This document shows positions 61,513-64,000 of a stretch of 64,000 nt of DNA, in pieces. Positions within the stretch are counted from its first letter, which is position 1. Each line of letters begins with the position of its first letter. The DNA lies in contig CAVVEI010000015.1 of NCBI GenBank assembly GCA_963747275.1, positions 1,604 to 65,603 of the forward strand, given 5' to 3'. The notes beneath the pieces are model-generated. The model saw only the letters and a list, made by a program, of their open reading frames with translations. It was not told the origin of the DNA and ran no database searches. The position numbers were made by a program, and so were the translations under genes. This stretch comes from an uncultured Actinomycetes bacterium (GTDB taxonomy: Bacteria; Actinomycetota; Thermoleophilia; RBG-16-64-13).

Positions 61513-63831
61513 GTGTCGAACATTCGCATCATTCCCTCCGGCCGAACGTGCAAGATCCTCGGTGCAATTGTGCTACTGGTCGCGCTTGCAGTGGCGCTGC
61601 CCACCTTCGTGCTCGCCTCGTCGGAGCCCGCCGATGCTCAGCGCCCAGTGAGAGGCGTGCTGGGCAGCGGCGACCATGCGGCTCCGTTCGCACCAAGTGA
61701 AGCCTCAGGATCAGAGCTCGAGCTCAGCACCCTGGGGCCGAATGTGCTTTTTGACTGGGTGGAGAGCGGCAGCGGCAGCTGGACCGCCACCAGTACCTGG
61801 GCCATCACCACCGAGTGGCTACCGCCCTGGGAGGAGCCGGGCAATCACAGTTGGAGCGACAGCCCGAGCGCGAACTACGCCAACAACGCCGACTCGACCC
61901 TGACGAGCGGCATAATCGACCTTTCGGCGGCGGCGGTAGACCAGGAGGTGATGCTGTATTTCGCATGCAACTACGCGCTGGAACTCAACTCTGACTTTCT
62001 CTACGTGGAGTTGTCAAGCGACGGTGGGTCCAGCTGGTCGTACTTAGGGGACTACTTGACGGGCACCGATCCAGAAGGGTGGTACTTCACGTTCGTCCCA
62101 GCGTCGTTTCACACCAACCAGTTCAGGCTCCGTTTTCGGCTGGTGTCTGACTCGTCGGTGACGGCCGATGGGGTGCACATCGACGGAGTGCAGGTGTACA
62201 CCTCGAATACCGATATGGGGTGGGCCGACGATGCGCGGCTGGCCTACTTTGGCACCTGGGCAACCACCACCCGGCCCTACAGCGACGGAGGCACCTGGAC
62301 CTACAAATCGTCCAACAGAACCGGAGACTTGATCAAGATCGACTTCACCGGGCCTGCCATCATGGTGAACGGCAAGATGGGCCCGACCTCCGGCATCGCG
62401 AGCGTGAGTCTTGATGGGGGGACGCCTACAGAAGCCGACTACTATTGGGATCCGGCTTCGGGCAGTGACTACAATCAGTACCCCATGGGGATCGTCTGGC
62501 TCGAAGGGTTGACGGACGCACCGCATACCCTCACCATCTGCTGTTCGGGCACCAAGAACCCCGCTTCTACCGGCTATACGGTGAGCCTCGAGAGTGTGGC
62601 GGTGTGGGGTAGCCTGGACTCAGCCACCGGCCCCGTGCGCTACCAGCAGGACGACACCCACCTCGCGCGCGAGGGCACCTGGGGCACCAGCAACACCTGG
62701 TTGTGCTCGGGCGGCAGCATGATCTCGGCCGACTCGGCCGGCTCGGCTATAAGGGTCGGCTTCTCGGGCACGTACCTGGCCTGGGTGGCGAAGAAAGGCC
62801 CGGGTTACGGCAAGGCCCAGGTCAGCCTCGACAGCGGCCCACTGGTGCCCGTCGACCTCTACAGATCTTACGACAGCTACAAGCAGCGGGTCTACAACAC
62901 CGGCCTGCTTGCCGACGGAGCTCACACCCTCGACATCTACTGGACAGGGCAGAAGAACTCGGCTTCTTGGGGTACCAAGATCGGCGTGGATGCTCTAGAC
63001 GTGCTGGATACTATCACCGGTACCACCGTGCCGACACCCATCACTTGGCGCTACCAGCAGACCGACCCCAAGCTCACCTGGCTGGGTAGTTGGGCCCTTA
63101 GCTCTACCTGGTCGGCGTCGGGCGGCAGCTTCCGCTCGACCTCCAAAAAGGGCGATGCCGTGATAATCAGCTGGCGAGGCGACGACATCTCCCTGATAGC
63201 CCGAACGGTGCCGTGGGGCGGCAAGGCCGCGGTGACCGTCGATGGCGGCACCGAGGAGCTGGTGAGCTTCTATAGCTCGACGACGCTCTACAAGCAGCCT
63301 GTGTTCTCGACCACAGGCCTATCGCCCGGCGACCACAGACTCATAGTCAAGTGCCTGGGTTCTAATGACGGCCCACCCTCCAGTGGCTACTCCGTCAGCG
63401 TCGACGCCCTAGACATCAAGGGCTGGTTGGTAGACGCGCAACGGACGTCACGCGTGCAGGAGACCGACGCCGTGTACACAGCTCCGTGGACCTCCAACGC
63501 CACTTGGCAGGCTTCGGGCGGTACCTACGCCACTCTCACCGGTATGGGCAGCAAGGTGGTGTATACGTTCTACGGCAGCTACTGTGCGTTGATAGCCAAG
63601 ACCGCCCCGTGGTACGGCAGGGCCGAAGTCACTCTGGACGGCCTCACCACCACTCAGGTGGACTTCTATAGTCCTACGATCACCTGGAAGAAGATGGTGT
63701 ACAACACAGGCCTCTTGAGCAACGCTACGCACACGCTGCAGGTGAAGTACCTGGGCAGCAAGTACTGGGCCTCCACCGGCTACGTGGTCGACGCAGACGC
63801 TTTCGACGTGTTGGGCCCCATACTCTGGTAG
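61513..63831 (+). CDS. Large secreted/anchored protein C: N-terminal TM/signal, MAM-like jelly-roll head, four shared ~125-aa modules. Intact.
   Basis: GTG start after aaggggg. The head ..SWSDSPSANYANNADSTLTSGIIDLS......MLYFACNYALE.NSDFLYVELSSDGGSSWSYLG....RLRFRLVSDSSVTADGVHIDGVQVY follows the MAM-like pattern seen in secreted proteases. Modules are at 62221-62616, 62638-63015, 63049-63429 and 63451-63828. Confidence 0.7.
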   Translation: MSNIRIIPSGRTCKILGAIVLLVALAVALPTFVLASSEPADAQRPVRGVLGSGDHAAPFAPSEASGSELELSTLGPNVLFDWVESGSGSWTATSTWAITTEWLPPWEEPGNHSWSDSPSANYANNADSTLTSGIIDLSAAAVDQEVMLYFACNYALELNSDFLYVELSSDGGSSWSYLGDYLTGTDPEGWYFTFVPASFHTNQFRLRFRLVSDSSVTADGVHIDGVQVYTSNTDMGWADDARLAYFGTWATTTRPYSDGGTWTYKSSNRTGDLIKIDFTGPAIMVNGKMGPTSGIASVSLDGGTPTEADYYWDPASGSDYNQYPMGIVWLEGLTDAPHTLTICCSGTKNPASTGYTVSLESVAVWGSLDSATGPVRYQQDDTHLAREGTWGTSNTWLCSGGSMISADSAGSAIRVGFSGTYLAWVAKKGPGYGKAQVSLDSGPLVPVDLYRSYDSYKQRVYNTGLLADGAHTLDIYWTGQKNSASWGTKIGVDALDVLDTITGTTVPTPITWRYQQTDPKLTWLGSWALSSTWSASGGSFRSTSKKGDAVIISWRGDDISLIARTVPWGGKAAVTVDGGTEELVSFYSSTTLYKQPVFSTTGLSPGDHRLIVKCLGSNDGPPSSGYSVSVDALDIKGWLVDAQRTSRVQETDAVYTAPWTSNATWQASGGTYATLTGMGSKVVYTFYGSYCALIAKTAPWYGRAEVTLDGLTTTQVDFYSPTITWKKMVYNTGLLSNATHTLQVKYLGSKYWASTGYVVDADAFDVLGPILW
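62221..63828 (+). repeat. Four copies of the shared ~125-aa module (protein C)
   Basis: Same motif set as in proteins A and B. The first copy is the most divergent. Confidence 0.8.
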
Positions 63832-63860
63832 ACGGGCGACCGACAAGCGGGTAAGCGTGC

Positions 63861-63965
63861 GGGGGGCGCCGAAAGGCGCCCCCCGCCGCATCTGGGGGCT
63901 CGGCGTCGCGAGGGCCGAGCCCCCAGAAAAGCACTGAGGCCCGCCGGCATAGCCGGCGGGCCTCA
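63861..63965 (+). terminator. Three consecutive GC hairpins after gene C (63861-63884, 63894-63924, 63935-63965)
   Basis: ggggggcgcc gaaa ggcgcccccc; gggggctcggc..gccgagccccc; tgaggcccgccggc atag ccggcgggcctca. Confidence 0.5.
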
Positions 63966-64000
63966 GAGAGTCGCAGCTGAAGAATCAGCTACAAGGTACT

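Noticed and set aside
55388-63831. Diversity-generating retroelement or other targeted hypervariation acting on the repeated modules.
   Set aside because: No reverse transcriptase, template/variable repeat pair with adenine-specific differences, or accessory gene is present in the window. Differences between modules are spread over all positions.

Overview
GC-rich bacterial chromosomal segment (GC judged by eye, not computed) with about 58 protein-coding loci and 5 tRNAs. I saw no rRNA and no CRISPR array.

Gene content, left to right:
- The 3' end of a TnpB/Fanzor-like nuclease gene with an acidic tail. Its element abuts a truncated HisKA_3 sensor kinase.
- Transporters (MFS, AI-2E, ArsB/NhaD-type) and an RNB ribonuclease.
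- A UPF0371/DUF1846 protein and an SPFH protein.
- A teichoic-acid-type module: CDP-alcohol phosphatidyltransferase, tagD, and a TagB/F-type transferase.
- Malic enzyme.
- c-di-GMP enzymes, alanine racemase, and a GAF-PP2C phosphatase.
- A tRNA cluster (Glu-Val-Asp-Phe) and a separate tRNA-Lys. Together they bracket a 3-gene envelope cassette: an internally triplicated membrane protein, an MBOAT, and an SGNH partner.
- etfBA plus ETF-QO.
- queF-queC-queD-queE.
- A second internally triplicated membrane protein.
- vapBC, a bacterial GH3 (auxin-type amido-synthetase) homologue, and a GAF-GGDEF-HD-GYP sensor.
- A WG-repeat lipoprotein, a nitroreductase, a ZIP transporter, CHRD and LamG-like proteins, and a family-3 glycosidase.

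The most striking part is 55.4-63.8 kb. It holds three tandem large secreted proteins that share ten copies of a ~125-aa module behind three different N-terminal heads: M23 peptidase, SGNH-like, and MAM-like jelly roll.

Major caveat: roughly half of the genes are broken by frameshifts. At the five junctions I examined, deleting a single base restores the conserved protein, and the breaks are patchily distributed. I read this as consensus or assembly error rather than decay, but only reads can settle it. Frameshifted genes are given as full spans, and their internal junctions are approximate. All functional calls come from motif recognition by eye; no database search was run.
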